NCBI GenBank assembly: GCA_964016885.1
Contig: OZ024745.1
Span: 130,386,001 to 130,450,000, forward strand
Length of the DNA: 64,000 bases
Direction of reading: 5' to 3'
DNA from: Eledone cirrhosa
Taxonomy: Eukaryota
Below the pieces are notes generated by a model. That model worked only from the letters and a program-made list of their open reading frames with translations. It made no database searches and was not told the origin of the DNA. Positions 1 to 13,192 of the stretch are shown piece by piece. The position numbers were made by a program, and so were the translations under genes. How positions within the stretch are numbered: the stretch's first letter is position 1; each line of letters begins with the position of its first letter.

Positions 1-345
1 TTTGTTTAGAAACGGCTAGCGAATTAGAAAATTAGGTAGTGTGTTTACGCCGTATTTGACTAGATAGAATTAGTCTGCTAGTTGGGATTTTTAAAAAAAA
101 CCCTCTGAATGGAAAAAAGGAAATGTATTGAAAACAGAATGGGTATAGCTTTTACTTGAATAGGTGGAAGCGTAAGTGGCGTTTTGGTGTAATGGTAACA
201 CATTGGTTCAACAAACCAAAGATGTGAGTTCGTGTCCCATGAACGTCAATACTCATCGTTTTTTTGCCATTCAGAGGGGTTTTTTTCCAACTAACAAACT
301 GATTCTATTTAGTCAAATATGGCGTCAACCCATGTTACTACCGAA
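1..345. mobile_element. tRNA-headed element with inverted arms next to (TA)n (copy 1, runs off window start)
   Basis: Arms about 31-117 and 261-345 are imperfect reverse complements; tRNA-like 178-248 between them; homologous to 63628-63924. Confidence 0.75.
178..248 (+). tRNA. tRNA-like sequence (repeat-embedded, probably not a functional tRNA)
   Basis: 71-nt cloverleaf: acceptor GGCGTTT/GAACGTC, D stem GTGT/ACAC, anticodon stem TTGGT/ACCAA with loop TCAACAA, T arm GTGAG-TTCGTGT-CCCAT; A box TGGTGTAATGG; T-run terminator at 260-266. Confidence 0.65.
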
Positions 346-654
346 TATATATATATATATTTATATACATATACATTTATATAAATGTATATATAATTGT
401 GTGTGTGTGTGTGTGTGTGTCTGCGTATGTATGCGTGTCTGTGTGTGTGTATGTGTGTGTGTCTGTGCGTGTATGTGTATTGCAAGATTTCAATGAAGTG
501 ATAGTACCAATCCCATTCAAAGATCCCGTGACACAACAAAGATTGTTAGAAATGTTATCGCTGCGACTTGTCTTCCTTTTCATCGTCATATATTATGATT
601 GAATAGATTAGTGATCCAGGTGTCGCTGATAGATTTTAACATGCATGTGCATAT

Positions 655-845
655 AAATAATTTGTTCTACTTTTGACACAAGGCCACCAATAATCCTAGT
701 GTATTACTGGTACTTTATTTTTATCGACCCCATAAGGATGAAAGCCAAAGTTAACCTCGACTTGATTTGAACTCAGACCGTAAAGGGACGTAACTATGCT
801 AGAAAGCATAGCGTCCGACCCTCTACCGATACTGCCAATCCACCA
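655..845 (-). mobile_element. tRNA-derived SINE family A
   Basis: Matches the roughly 190-bp consensus best seen at 48252-48443: A/B-box head, GCCTTTCATCCTTACGGGGTCGATAAAATAAAGTACCAG body (resembles the MetaSINE central domain), AATTATT tail. Confidence 0.85.
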
Positions 846-974
846 ATGATTGGTTAAGCGTAAAATATATACCTGCTTAAACGTGTGGCTTTTCACTCCA
901 TGCTTCTGTTGCAATCATCGAGTGTTGTATCTATTCGTTAGGAATGTGAGTTGTGTGAGTATTGCGATACTGCA

Positions 975-1096
975 TTATATGAGTTCAAATACCGCCGAAG
1001 TTAACTTTGCTTTTCATCCTTAAGAGGTCGATAAAATAAAGTACCAGTAATACACTGCAATAATCCTGGCCTTGTGCCAAAAATAGAAACAATTAT
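975..1096 (+). mobile_element. SINE family A, 5'-truncated
   Basis: GAGTTCAAAT B box, body and tail; inverted relative to the 655-845 copy. Confidence 0.8.
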
Positions 1097-1969
1097 ATAC
1101 TTCTACGGAAATGACTTCACTAATTATTATTCTAAAACCTCTCATAATATAGTTAATTTTTTTATTAACGTTTTTCCCGTCAAGTTCCTTTTATGTGATG
1201 TAATGTAGTGCGTTTCAATTAATATTTGATATAAAATGCTAGCTGATGACGGATTGGCGTACAAGTGTGGTCCTTTTAACAGTTAAAAACCTTGAAATTT
1301 GCAATAAATTCTATAGAACACATTGATCATTTGCATCATGCTAATATGCTTGGAAAATTTACAATTTCAGTGCTTTTGAAGTTTATATTATTCTATTTTA
1401 TGAGTTCACAGAATCTAAAATGCGTGAGCATTTTTAAAATGGAGTGTACGCAAATTATGTTAATATATTGTTCTATAGGTTGATATAATGTCTCATTTGC
1501 ATAACAGTTGTTCCTTAGAGATTTTTATTTATATTATTATTTTGTAAATTCTCCAGTGCACTGCTTCGTTTAGTTTTCGGAAGAAAATTTAAATACTGAA
1601 AGGGTTCATTCGAAAAATATGAAACAACCTTAATAGAGAAGATGACAAAATATACTACATACGTCTTCTGAATCAAAAAGAGGGTTAAACAGGAAAACTG
1701 TCCGTATATATATATATCCATATATATATATATATATATATATATAGAAAGATTTGAATGGATACAGTTTAGTTGAAAGGAATTTATTGACACGTGTTTC
1801 TATAACAGTTACATAACCTAAAACAGCTATCTACAAACTTTTAGTTATGCAGACATTCAATATTTCAATGTTATTTACTGTCATTTCATCAGAATAATAT
1901 TACTGAGGACCTATTTAGTTTTTATAGAGAATATATATAAAAGCGGACAAAACATCAAACCTGTACACT

Positions 1970-3907
1970 ATGGATTGCACTACATACAACAACTTCATTC
2001 GAAAAGAATTACATAAAAAATATAGAAAAACGAGTGAAGTAACCCTTAAGCACATCAATGATGAGGCATGCGAAATAGTGAAAAATCTCGGAATCGAAGA
2101 TAGGACAGGACCACTCTTACCGGCGGTACCCACTTTCAATCTTAAGGACCACAAGGTAAACTTTGATAATGACCCTAAAATTAGATTAATCTGCCCCTCT
2201 AAATCAGATATAGGTAAAATAAGCAAATATATCTTAGATAGAATCATCCCCCAAATTAAGGCTAAGGTTAACATTAAACTCTGGGGGAAGACCCAAGAAG
2301 CAATAAGATGGTTTAATAGCATTAGCAATAAGAATAAATCTAAGTTTATCCAGTTTGATATCGATGAATATTACTCATCGATATCACCTGAAACTTTGAA
2401 TAGAGCCATTAAGTTTGCTAAGGATAACTCCGACCTTACAAACGATGAAATTAAGATTATATTAGAAGCTAGGAAAACTATAGTCAAATTTGAGAACAAT
2501 TATTGGGTACGTAAAGATAGACCCTCTAACTTTGACATAACAATGGGCTCTAACGATTCGGCGGAAATAACTGATATTGTGGGGTTATTTATCGCCTTTA
2601 GACTCCAGGAAAAATTCAGCAATCTCCACGGCGGAATATACCGCGACGATGTTCTCCTCCTAGCTAAAAACCTTAATAACCAAAAACTAGAAAAACTACG
2701 CAAAGATATAAGAAAACTACTACTCGAAATAGGACTAACTATAACATATGAATACAACCTTAAAGTAGTTAACTTCCTGGATGTCACACTCAATTTAAAC
2801 TCTGGTTTGATTAAACCGTTTCATAAATTGAATGAAAATCTCAAATACGTAAATGTTGGGTCTAACCACCCCATCTCTATAATTAAATCTATCCCTAAAA
2901 ATATTTCCCTTAGAATCTCGGGTCTATCTTCTAACATACAAGTATTTAAGGAACACGCCGAGTACTACGATAACGCCCTTAGTAAAGCAGGCTACCTCAA
3001 CAAAATAGAGTACATAGATGGGAACAATCAAAACACCCAAAATAAATCCCACATAGGTAGATATAATAACACAACACCAAACCACACTTACTACCATAGT
3101 ATGCACACCAGTAAACCAACAAACAAAACTAATAGAAAGCGATGCAAAGAGTACTTATGGTATAACCCCGAATACAATAGCTCCATTAGTACAAATTTAC
3201 CAGTACTCTTCTTTAAAATAATTAAAAGACATTTTCCCACATCACACAAATACCACAAAATCCTAAACCCTACCACTATAAGACTGTCATACTCTACAGC
3301 GTTAAACCTTGAACAACACATAAAAAAGATCAATACTAGAAGGTTAAACGAAAACACTAAGAACTTAAGTACAAAGAACCCCCAAAAAACAGTAGACAAT
3401 ACACTACAGAACATAAATAAACCACACCTAAGTTCGTCCGCAATACTACTCCAGAGAAAACCCAACGTACACAACTGTAACTGCACCTATCCTGACAACT
3501 GCCCCCTCGGCAATAACTGCCTGGAAAAAAATATTATTTATAAGTGTACCATTAAATCCGGAGGCAACGAGTGGTATTACGTGGGATCAACGGCAACATC
3601 GTTTAAATCTCGATTGTATAGGCATTCTTACTCAATAAAACACCAGAGCCAAAGAAATGTAACAACTTTAGCAGAGAAAGCTTGGACGCTCAGGGATAGC
3701 AATCAAAAGTTTACCCTAAAATGGGAAAAATTAGCTAAAACCCAAAGCTTTTCCAGGAGCCAAAATTTCTGCAAATTGTGTAATCTTGAGATTTATTACA
3801 TAATCACACACAAGAAGAAACTGCTGAATAACAGAATTGAACGAACATTATTCTGCCGTCACAGAACTAAAACCCTTTTTTCCCACTACAAGCCGAATAT
3901 TACATAA
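1970..3907 (+). CDS. Penelope-like retroelement polyprotein (reverse transcriptase + C-terminal GIY-YIG endonuclease), Naiad-type, N-terminally truncated
   Basis: 645-aa uninterrupted ORF. RT motifs LKDHK..RLICP, FIQFDIDEYYSSI, TMGSNDSAEITD, GIYRDD, VNFLDVTL, YVNVGSNHP; linker WYNPEY; Cys cluster CNC..CPLGNNCL; GIY-YIG IIYKC..YYVGST..FKSRLYRH; terminal CKLC..CRH. Frame is open upstream to 1928 and includes KADKTSNLY. Confidence 0.93.
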   Translation: MDCTTYNNFIRKELHKKYRKTSEVTLKHINDEACEIVKNLGIEDRTGPLLPAVPTFNLKDHKVNFDNDPKIRLICPSKSDIGKISKYILDRIIPQIKAKVNIKLWGKTQEAIRWFNSISNKNKSKFIQFDIDEYYSSISPETLNRAIKFAKDNSDLTNDEIKIILEARKTIVKFENNYWVRKDRPSNFDITMGSNDSAEITDIVGLFIAFRLQEKFSNLHGGIYRDDVLLLAKNLNNQKLEKLRKDIRKLLLEIGLTITYEYNLKVVNFLDVTLNLNSGLIKPFHKLNENLKYVNVGSNHPISIIKSIPKNISLRISGLSSNIQVFKEHAEYYDNALSKAGYLNKIEYIDGNNQNTQNKSHIGRYNNTTPNHTYYHSMHTSKPTNKTNRKRCKEYLWYNPEYNSSISTNLPVLFFKIIKRHFPTSHKYHKILNPTTIRLSYSTALNLEQHIKKINTRRLNENTKNLSTKNPQKTVDNTLQNINKPHLSSSAILLQRKPNVHNCNCTYPDNCPLGNNCLEKNIIYKCTIKSGGNEWYYVGSTATSFKSRLYRHSYSIKHQSQRNVTTLAEKAWTLRDSNQKFTLKWEKLAKTQSFSRSQNFCKLCNLEIYYIITHKKKLLNNRIERTLFCRHRTKTLFSHYKPNIT

Positions 3908-4176
3908 AAGAGGGACATCCCCCAACTATATAAACCTTAATCTAGTTAGAAAAATATAAAAACAATTTCTTCTCAACATATATTAATAACCTTAAATTAC
4001 CATACTAATAATGAAAAGATATGCTGATGAGAATAGGTACAAATATGCGATAATGAATGTGTCTAAAAACGTCCATAAGTATGTATATATATGTGAAAAT
4101 GTATATAAATAAGTAAATATATATATATGTTTGATGTGTATAGTTAGATGTAAGTGTATTCATGTATTAAAGTGCT

Positions 4177-4211
<35 letters not shown>

Positions 4212-4234
4212 ATATGTGTGTATATATGTATGTG

Positions 4235-4265
<31 letters not shown>

Positions 4266-4847
4266 GTATGTATGTATATATATATATGTATGTATGTATG
4301 TGTATATGGATGTGTATGTATGTGTATGTGTGTACTCATGGACTAGAGTATGTATGTATATATGTGTGTGTCTATACGTGTGTATATATAAAGATAAGTT
4401 GAGTATGAAAATGTATACACATGAGCGCGTATGTATGTACATGAATACATGTGTGTATATATATGTGTATGCATGTGTATATATATGTAAGTATGAATAT
4501 GTGAATTGTGAGTATATGTATTTTGTAGAGGTGTGCAAATATATTTGTGTGTGAATGCGTGGGTGAAAGAATACGTACACTTGAAAGAAAAATTTAAGTC
4601 TGAATGTTAAGTGCAAACACAAAACCAACCACGCATATCTTTACTATCTCTAATCCTTCTATAGATTTAGAAAAATAACCAATAATATATTCTATAAAAA
4701 ATGTCAAAACAACAGATGGGAATCTAATTACTCACTGCCACCAAGAATTCTCACTGCTATCGAAAAACCACTCCTTCAACTATTCTTCTAACAACTTCAC
4801 CCCTTCCTCCTAATATTCTCTATAAAAACTAAATAGGTCCTCAGTAA

Positions 4848-4905
4848 TATTATTCTGATGAAATGACAGTAAATAATAACATTGAAATATTGAATGTCTG
4901 CATAA
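4848..4905 (+). ncRNA. Candidate type I hammerhead ribozyme in the pseudo-LTR (mirror copy on - strand at about 1844-1898)
   Basis: CTGATGA-aatg..catt-GAAA-tattgaatG-TC; stems II and III plausible, stem I weak. Confidence 0.55.
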
Positions 4906-5113
4906 CTAAAAGTTTGTAGATAGCTGTTTTAGGTTATGTAACTGTTATAGAAACACGTGTCAATAAATTCCTTTCAACTAAACTGTATCCATTCAAATCT
5001 TTCTATTTTTCTCCGGATTACTTTTGGAACTACAACTGGAACCGTCGAGCAAACTCTACGTGAGCTGATAATCTACTGTGTGTAATATTTATATTACAAC
5101 ACAACGGAAAATA

Positions 5114-5195
<82 letters not shown>

Positions 5196-5237
5196 TAGTG
5201 TGTGTGTATGTATATATGTATATATGTACGTGTATAT

Positions 5238-5870
<633 letters not shown>

Positions 5871-5884
5871 TATGTGGATTAGCA

Positions 5885-6051
5885 TTTATGGCCAGGAAAC
5901 GTTAGATGCACCGTTCATACTATTTTAACAGTTATGGCCAGGAAATGTTAGATGCACCGTTCATACTATTTTAACATTTATGGCCAGGAAACGCTAGATG
6001 CACCGTTCATACTATTTTAACAGTTATGGTCAGGAAACGCTAGATGCACCA
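5885..6051 (+). repeat. 46-bp minisatellite, about 3.6 copies
   Basis: TTATGGCCAGGAAACGTTAGATGCACCGTTCATACTATTTTAACAG repeated head to tail with no spacers. Confidence 0.9.
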
Positions 6052-7253
6052 CCTTCATCATTTGAAATGCATATTATGAGGGTAAAGAATATGTTTTACC
6101 CATTTACTAAGTGCATTTTACTTCATTTCTATGATAGAGTGAAGCAGTTTAAATGTATATTCATAATGAAGTTACAAGCCAAAATTAAAGGTTCATGACA
6201 TTTAATTACAATTCTTTCTTTCTATATGAATGTATATCTAACAGCAAAGTATATTGTTTAGGAATCTGCTTTTAGTTAACACAAATCCTGGGAATCGTAA
6301 GAGTTTATTAAAATCATAAACGTGTAATATAATATTAAAACAAAACACTCAAGTACAGAAGATAATAGATAATATATATAACTTATCGACTTACATAGCA
6401 AGTCAACACAATGAGGAGTCAGATGTGTTGCATTAATTAAATGGTTTTTGAAAGAATAGCAACTTTCCGATTATGGATTGAAAGTTATATGCGTTTACAG
6501 GAACTTATTTTATCTTCAGCAGACTAATGAAAGTTGCTTTTGCAAGATCTGGATTTGGAATCTAGCCAGAAGAAGCAAAAACATCTTTAACTTGGTATTC
6601 TTTCGACATTCTGCCAATTCTACCCACAGCCGTCCAAGTGTTTAAAAATATTTCATAAAATTATTCTACACAACAATTCCATCAAGCATACATAACATAT
6701 GTGTGTAACTAAGACAGACATGCGCACACACGAATGCATAAATTTTACACAGAAATAAACACACACATCACATATATATGCATTTAGACAGACTATTTTA
6801 TATATGTGAGCAATGAGTGTGTGTGGAGGGTGTTAGTGTACTGCTGCTGTTTGTGTGTGATCGTGCATGTATAATCAGACATGAGTGTACCTGTATGTAT
6901 AAGCAGTCACAAAGTAGTGTTCATTACGATTCTACCTATACGTTTATAGTTGCAATTAGTTTATAATTCTGTTAAAATAATATTGATGTGTCTTTTATGT
7001 TCAGCGATAAAAATAAATATAGAATGAAATTTCAGAAATAAATTTAAAGTTAATTTAAAATAAAATAATTTCTTAAAATAACAATTATAATTAAAATCGA
7101 TAATGGAAATAACGCAAACAGACATTGAATCGCACACAAACACGTGTATACATATACATAAAAACAGTTATAGGATCTCTGACACACACTTGCAAATAAA
7201 TACACTCAGAAACACATATATGTAAACAAGCATATATGAATATATACATACAC

Positions 7254-7323
<70 letters not shown>

Positions 7324-7366
7324 ACACATATATATATATATGTATATATCTATATATAAATACATA

Positions 7367-7408
<42 letters not shown>

Positions 7409-7447
7409 TATATATAAACACACACATATATATATACATATATATAC

Positions 7448-7543
<96 letters not shown>

Positions 7544-7939
7544 CCATTTACAAAATCTAACGTAAACATATACATACAGGTAATACCGCAGCCATACTAA
7601 CAAACGGTTACCATAGCATTTAGTCGTCACACATGAAATAGTACATGATCACATAGAAATACAATTACTACCATATACAAACACAATTACATTTACATAC
7701 TCACAGATTTACATACACGCATACATCAAACTATATAGATACAATTACAAACACGTGTACATATTAATTTGCGATCAAATACAATTGGAGATACAGAAAT
7801 AATCTGCAGATTTACATGTAGAAAAACATATTGGATCCTATAACTATATACACACGTACACATATTTCACAATAAATCAGTCAAAATCTGACCCACATTG
7901 ACATACAAACACTCATATACAGAAACATATAGAGACATT

Positions 7940-8358
7940 TAATAATGGTTTCTTATATAGGCACAAGGCCAGCAATTTTGGGGGAGGGGGAAGTCGATTA
8001 AATCGACCCCAGTGTGTGACTGGTACTTTATTTTATCGACCCCGTAAGGATGAAAGGCAAAGTTAATCTCGGCGGAATTTCAGCTCAGACCGTAATAGGC
8101 CGTAACTCTATGCTGCAAAGTATGGCGTCCGACCCTCTTCCGATACTGCCAATCCCTAGAGACATTTAATAATTGTTTCTACTTTGAGCACAAGGCCAGC
8201 AATTACTCAGTGTATAACTGGTACTTTATTTTATCCACCCCGTAAGGATGAAAGGCAAAGTTAACCTTGGTGGTATTTGAATTCAGAATGGAAAGGGCCG
8301 TAACTCTTTGCGTCAAAGCATGGCGTCCGACTCTCTACCAATACTGCCAATCCACCGT
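7940..8358 (-). mobile_element. Two tandem SINE family A copies (7940-8157 long variant, 8167-8358)
   Basis: Consensus match; AGACATTTAATAAT recurs before, between and after the copies. Confidence 0.85.
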
Positions 8359-8746
8359 CTTAAAGACATTTAATAATAATACATATATACTTACAAGCAT
8401 ACAAACATATACAGTCATATAGTGTCATACACAATGGAACGTATAAAGAGTATAACGGCTTCCCGCACACCAAAAGAGGTTGACATAGATACAGAGACAC
8501 CATGAAAATGACAAAATTTAAGCAAATAATATGCAGATATATCAGAAGTTTAGTTGACGTACATCTATAAGGATATAAACAGACTGATGTAGTTGTATAT
8601 ACCGTTTGATACATAGAGTATATACACACATTTATCCACACAATCACATACAAGATTGGCAAAGATACAGACATAAAATTATAATACCTCATGCATACAT
8701 ACATGACAACAACCTATAAACCATTACCTGCACATACAGTAATTTA

Positions 8747-8808
<62 letters not shown>

Positions 8809-8846
8809 TATATATATATATACCATATATATGTACATATATATAT

Positions 8847-8928
<82 letters not shown>

Positions 8929-8952
8929 GTGTGTGTTTTTCTATATATATAA

Positions 8953-9011
<59 letters not shown>

Positions 9012-9063
9012 CATATATACACACACACACAGGCATACACACACACACACCCACACACACACT

Positions 9064-9222
<159 letters not shown>

Positions 9223-9737
9223 GTAAATATCTTAAATACGACTACACGCAGTCACATAAATTTATTCACAGGCATTCACAATTATACACAATACAAGCAA
9301 TAAACAATTATACACGCACACATATACAACAACTAAATTTCGATGTGTATAAAACATTTCACATGAAGAGGCGCTCTTAGAAACACGTATATACTATCAT
9401 ACAGGCAGATACACAATCATTTCCAATACACAGTAATACATTGAAAAATATGGCTTAGATTTTGTTCTATTATTAATTTCCCCCCACCAACTCCTGCCAT
9501 CAAACCATCAAAATAAACATTAATGTCTTTTGTTTAGTTTTATTTTGTCTTGTTTTCGTATGAATCAACAAAACTGTCCTTCGACTGATACAACAGATTT
9601 AAACAATCAAATAATGATAAAAATTACGATGGAATAATGAAAAGGAGAGTATTAAAACAAAATACAAAACATTACTACTCTGAATTTGTCTGTTAGTCAA
9701 ATACAAATATCAAAGGATGATACACAAAGGCAATTAG

Positions 9738-10460
9738 GATGGTTATGAGGGTGATGGTGATGATGATGGTGATGGTGATGATGATGACAAGGATGGTGGT
9801 GATGATGACAAGGGTGGTGATGATGGTGATGATGGTGATGGTGATGACAAGGGTGGTGGTGATGATGCTGATGGTGATGGTGATGGTGATGGTGATGGTG
9901 TTGATGATGGTGATGGTGATGGTGACGGTGATGGTGATGATGATGATGATGGTGATGACAAGGGTGGTGGTGATGGTGATGGTGATGGTGATGATGATGA
10001 TGATGGTGATGGTGATGATGATGGTGATGGCAAGGGTGGTGGTGATGATGGTGTTGGTGATGGTGATGGTGGTGATGGTGGTGATGGTGATGGTGACGGT
10101 GATGGTGATGACAAGGGTGGTGATGATGATGATGATGGTGATGATGATGCTGATGGTGAGGGTGATGGTGATGGTGATGATGATGGTGATGGTGATGGTG
10201 ATGATGATGGTGATGGTGATGACAAGGGTGGTGATGATGATGATGATGGTGATGATGATGGTGATGGTGAGGGTGATGGTGATGGTGATGATGATGGTGA
10301 TGATGATGGTGATGGTGAGGGTGATGGTGATGGTGATGATGATGGTGATGGTGATGGTGAGGTTGATGGTGAGGGTGATGGTGATGGTGAGGATGATGGT
10401 GATGATGATGGTGATGGTGATGATGATGGTGATGACAAGGATGATGACGATAACGATGAT
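9738..10460. repeat. (GAT/GGT)n compound trinucleotide repeat with GACAAGG interruptions
   Basis: Direct inspection. Confidence 0.95.
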
Positions 10461-10569
10461 ATTTAAGTTGGCTACGACAATAATAACGTTAACGTCAATG
10501 ATAAAGAATATTCTGATCGTGAGGGAAATAGTTGTGGTATTAATGGTGAGGTGTTAATTATATTGTTTT

Positions 10570-10584
10570 GTAGTAGTAGTAGTA

Positions 10585-10679
<95 letters not shown>
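10570..10679. repeat. (TAG)n microsatellite
   Basis: Direct inspection. Confidence 0.95.
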
Positions 10680-10680
<1 letters not shown>

Positions 10681-11084
10681 CTGTGATAATACACGCCAGC
10701 CACACTATCTATGATCGTCATGATGATAATGGGAGGTAATTGTGATGGTGGTGATGGTGGTGCTGGTTACGATGAAGAAGTTGCTTATCTGATTTTAATG
10801 TATTTGTTGATGTCTAATAAAACTCTGCTTACTTTCAGTTCTATACGTACTCTGGCATTCCCTTAACCTAATGGAGTTTTATATTTCTAATCATAAGCAA
10901 AATATGCAGACAAGAATTCTCTGTTCTTAACTGGGCTGATATCTTCACTTGGAAGCGCTAGAGATATTTACTAAGCTGTAAACTTGAGAGGAAAATATTA
11001 GTGAACAACATGTCCATAATAGTATAGGATTAATGATGAAAGCGATAGAAATAACAGAACATAATGTTGAAAACATCATGCAGA

Positions 11085-11370
11085 TAATTGTTTCTACTTA
11101 TGGCACAAGGCCAGCAATAACCAGTACATTACTGGTACTTTATTTCATCGACCCCGTAAGGATGAAAGGCAAAGTTAACCTTGGCGGGATTTGAACTCAG
11201 TCCGTAATTGTATCACCAACACCGGTAGGGCAGACAGAAACAATAGCGAAAACAGAAATACGTAGAACAACAGTAACAATAACAACAACAGTAACAACAA
11301 CAGTAACATCAGTAACAACAGTATTAAATCATGGCGCCTGACCATCTACCGATACTGCCAATTCACCACC
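11085..11370 (-). mobile_element. SINE family A interrupted by a locally copied insert (about 11205-11325)
   Basis: SINE halves 11085-11207 and 11329-11370; the insert matches 11660-11760. Confidence 0.8.
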
Positions 11371-11719
11371 TTATACATCAGAAATAATGTCTTAGAAACA
11401 AAACAGACTGCTTTCAAAATTAAAATCCAGTGGTAATATAGGCGCTAAAAGGGTACGAATATCATTTGCTACTAACTACCATACATTTGAAGCACTCGAC
11501 AGCACCAACCATGTCATGTCAGTCAAAATATGATTATCAATCGCTTTATCAAACCGACGCAACGAAACTCTCCTAAACACAAAACATATAATATTAATCA
11601 AGGATGGACTCATTAAATAATATAAATCTCTGATGGTCCAGAAACTGTGAAGGGCATCATAATTGTATCAGCAACACCAGTAGGGCAAACAGAAACAATA
11701 GCGAAAACAGGCATACGTA

Positions 11720-12030
11720 GAACAACAGTAACAACAACAGTAACAACAGTAACAACATTAACAACAACAACAGTAACAGTAACAACAACAGTAACAACAA
11801 CAGTAACAACATTAACAACAACATTAACAACAACAGTAACAACAGTAACAACATTAACAACAACAACAGTAACAGTAACAACAACAGTAACAACAACAGT
11901 AACAACAGTAACCACAGTAACGACAGTAACAACAACAACAGTAACAACAACAACATTAACAACAACCACAGCAACAACAACAACAGTAACAACAGTAACA
12001 ACAACAACAGTAATAACATGAACAACAGTC
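11720..12030. repeat. (AAC)n/AGT compound trinucleotide repeat
   Basis: Direct inspection. Confidence 0.95.
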
Positions 12031-12039
12031 ACAATAAGT

Positions 12040-12248
12040 AAAGTTTCTACTTTAGACACAAGACCAGCAATTTGAAGGGGACGTCGATTAAATCGACCCC
12101 ATTGGGTGACTGGTACTTTATTTTATCGACCCGGTAAGGATGAAAGGCAAAGCTAACCATGGAGGGATTTGAACTCAGAACGTAAATGGCCGTAACTCTA
12201 TGCTGTAAAGTAAGTTTTCCGGCGCTCTACCGATACTGCCAATCCACT
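12040..12248 (-). mobile_element. SINE family A
   Basis: Consensus match. Confidence 0.85.
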
Positions 12249-12727
12249 ATCCTAACAACAGTAATAATAATACCAACAACAACCAATCGTAATTCAAATA
12301 GTTTGTGTATAATCGATTTATTTGGTGATTTTTTGGTATTTGTCTGCGTTTACATGTCTTTGCATGTGACTGTGTATGTGTGTGTTGGTGTTTTTTTATG
12401 TGTTTGTCTGTTTCTGTCTGTTTCTGTTTGAGTATCTGTGTGTAACTGTGTGTATTTGCACGCCTATGCATGTGTATATGTAAGTGTGAGTGTATGTGTC
12501 TATCTGTCTGTGACTCTTTTTGTATATGTATTTATGTATGTGTGTATGTGTTTGCATGCCTATGCATGTGAGTGAGTATGCGTGTGTATATGTATGTGTT
12601 TGTCTGTCTCTTTCTCGATGTATATTTGTGTGTATGTGTGTATGTGTTTGTTTTTGTGTTCCTCTGTCTCTCAGGTTTAAATATTTCTAATAGACGCTGG
12701 TTTGCTGCTTGTCTCTTCCTTATTTTC

Positions 12728-12918
12728 GGGGGTTGCCAGCATCAGTAGAGCGCCAGACACCATGTTGTGCAATATAGAGTTATGGCCCTTTATGTTCTGA
12801 GTTCAAATCCTTTCGCGGTTAGCTTTGCCTTTCTTCCGTACGGTGTCTATAAAATACAGCACCAGTAATGCCCTGGGAGTAATTGCTGGCATTGTGCCAA
12901 AAGCAGAAAAAGTTATTA
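12728..12918 (+). mobile_element. SINE family A (diverged)
   Basis: Consensus match with B box GAGTTCAAATCC. Confidence 0.75.
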
Positions 12919-13192
12919 ACGCTCTGTAAACGGAACTCTACATCCAAGAGTAAATATCACAAACCTGGTCGTGTTCGGGTGAGAGCAACACTAAAGAAGG
13001 TCAAATCACTCGATCAATCAATGAATTTCATGGATCTCAATGTATTATCTGAAGCCGAAGCCACCAGGAATGCTTTAAATACGAATGTCATTGTTTGTCA
13101 TGCTCTCTCACCATCCACTACATCAGTTAACTCAGGCGTGGCAATCTCTATTAGAGCGTCTATCATTGTTTTATTGTATTATTTTTATCGGT

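Larger units (their letters stand above)
1744..5117 (+). mobile_element. Penelope-like element (Naiad-type) with inverted 5' pseudo-LTR copy, inserted in (TA)n
   Basis: 1744-1934 is the reverse complement of 4813-5006 (about 190 bp, one 3-bp indel); unique tail 5007-5117; (TA)n on both flanks; RT-GIY ORF inside. Confidence 0.9.

Noticed and set aside
178-248. Functional tRNA-Val(AAC) gene
   Set aside because: C instead of U33, altered T-loop, and the homologous copy at 63756 has a different anticodon loop; it is embedded in a repeat.
3908-5117. SECIS element / selenoprotein recoding, as reported for some Naiad elements
   Set aside because: The ORF has no in-frame TGA and ends in TAA; no convincing SECIS was seen by eye.
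5885-6051. CRISPR-like array (also considered for 40441-40745 and 59530-60580)
   Set aside because: Head-to-tail repeats with no unique spacers, in eukaryotic context with no cas genes.
9739-10557. 272-aa Met/Val-rich ORF (and the Ser/Pro-rich antisense ORF)
   Set aside because: Pure translation of a (GAT/GGT)n repeat; no domain or splice support.
10834-10975. Possible minus-strand exon (TTTACAG acceptor, GTAAGC donor)
   Set aside because: Stops in all three frames; cannot be supported without transcript data.
11647-12021. Thr-rich mucin-like ORF
   Set aside because: Comes from an AAC/AGT trinucleotide repeat, part of which is copied into a SINE; no exon evidence.
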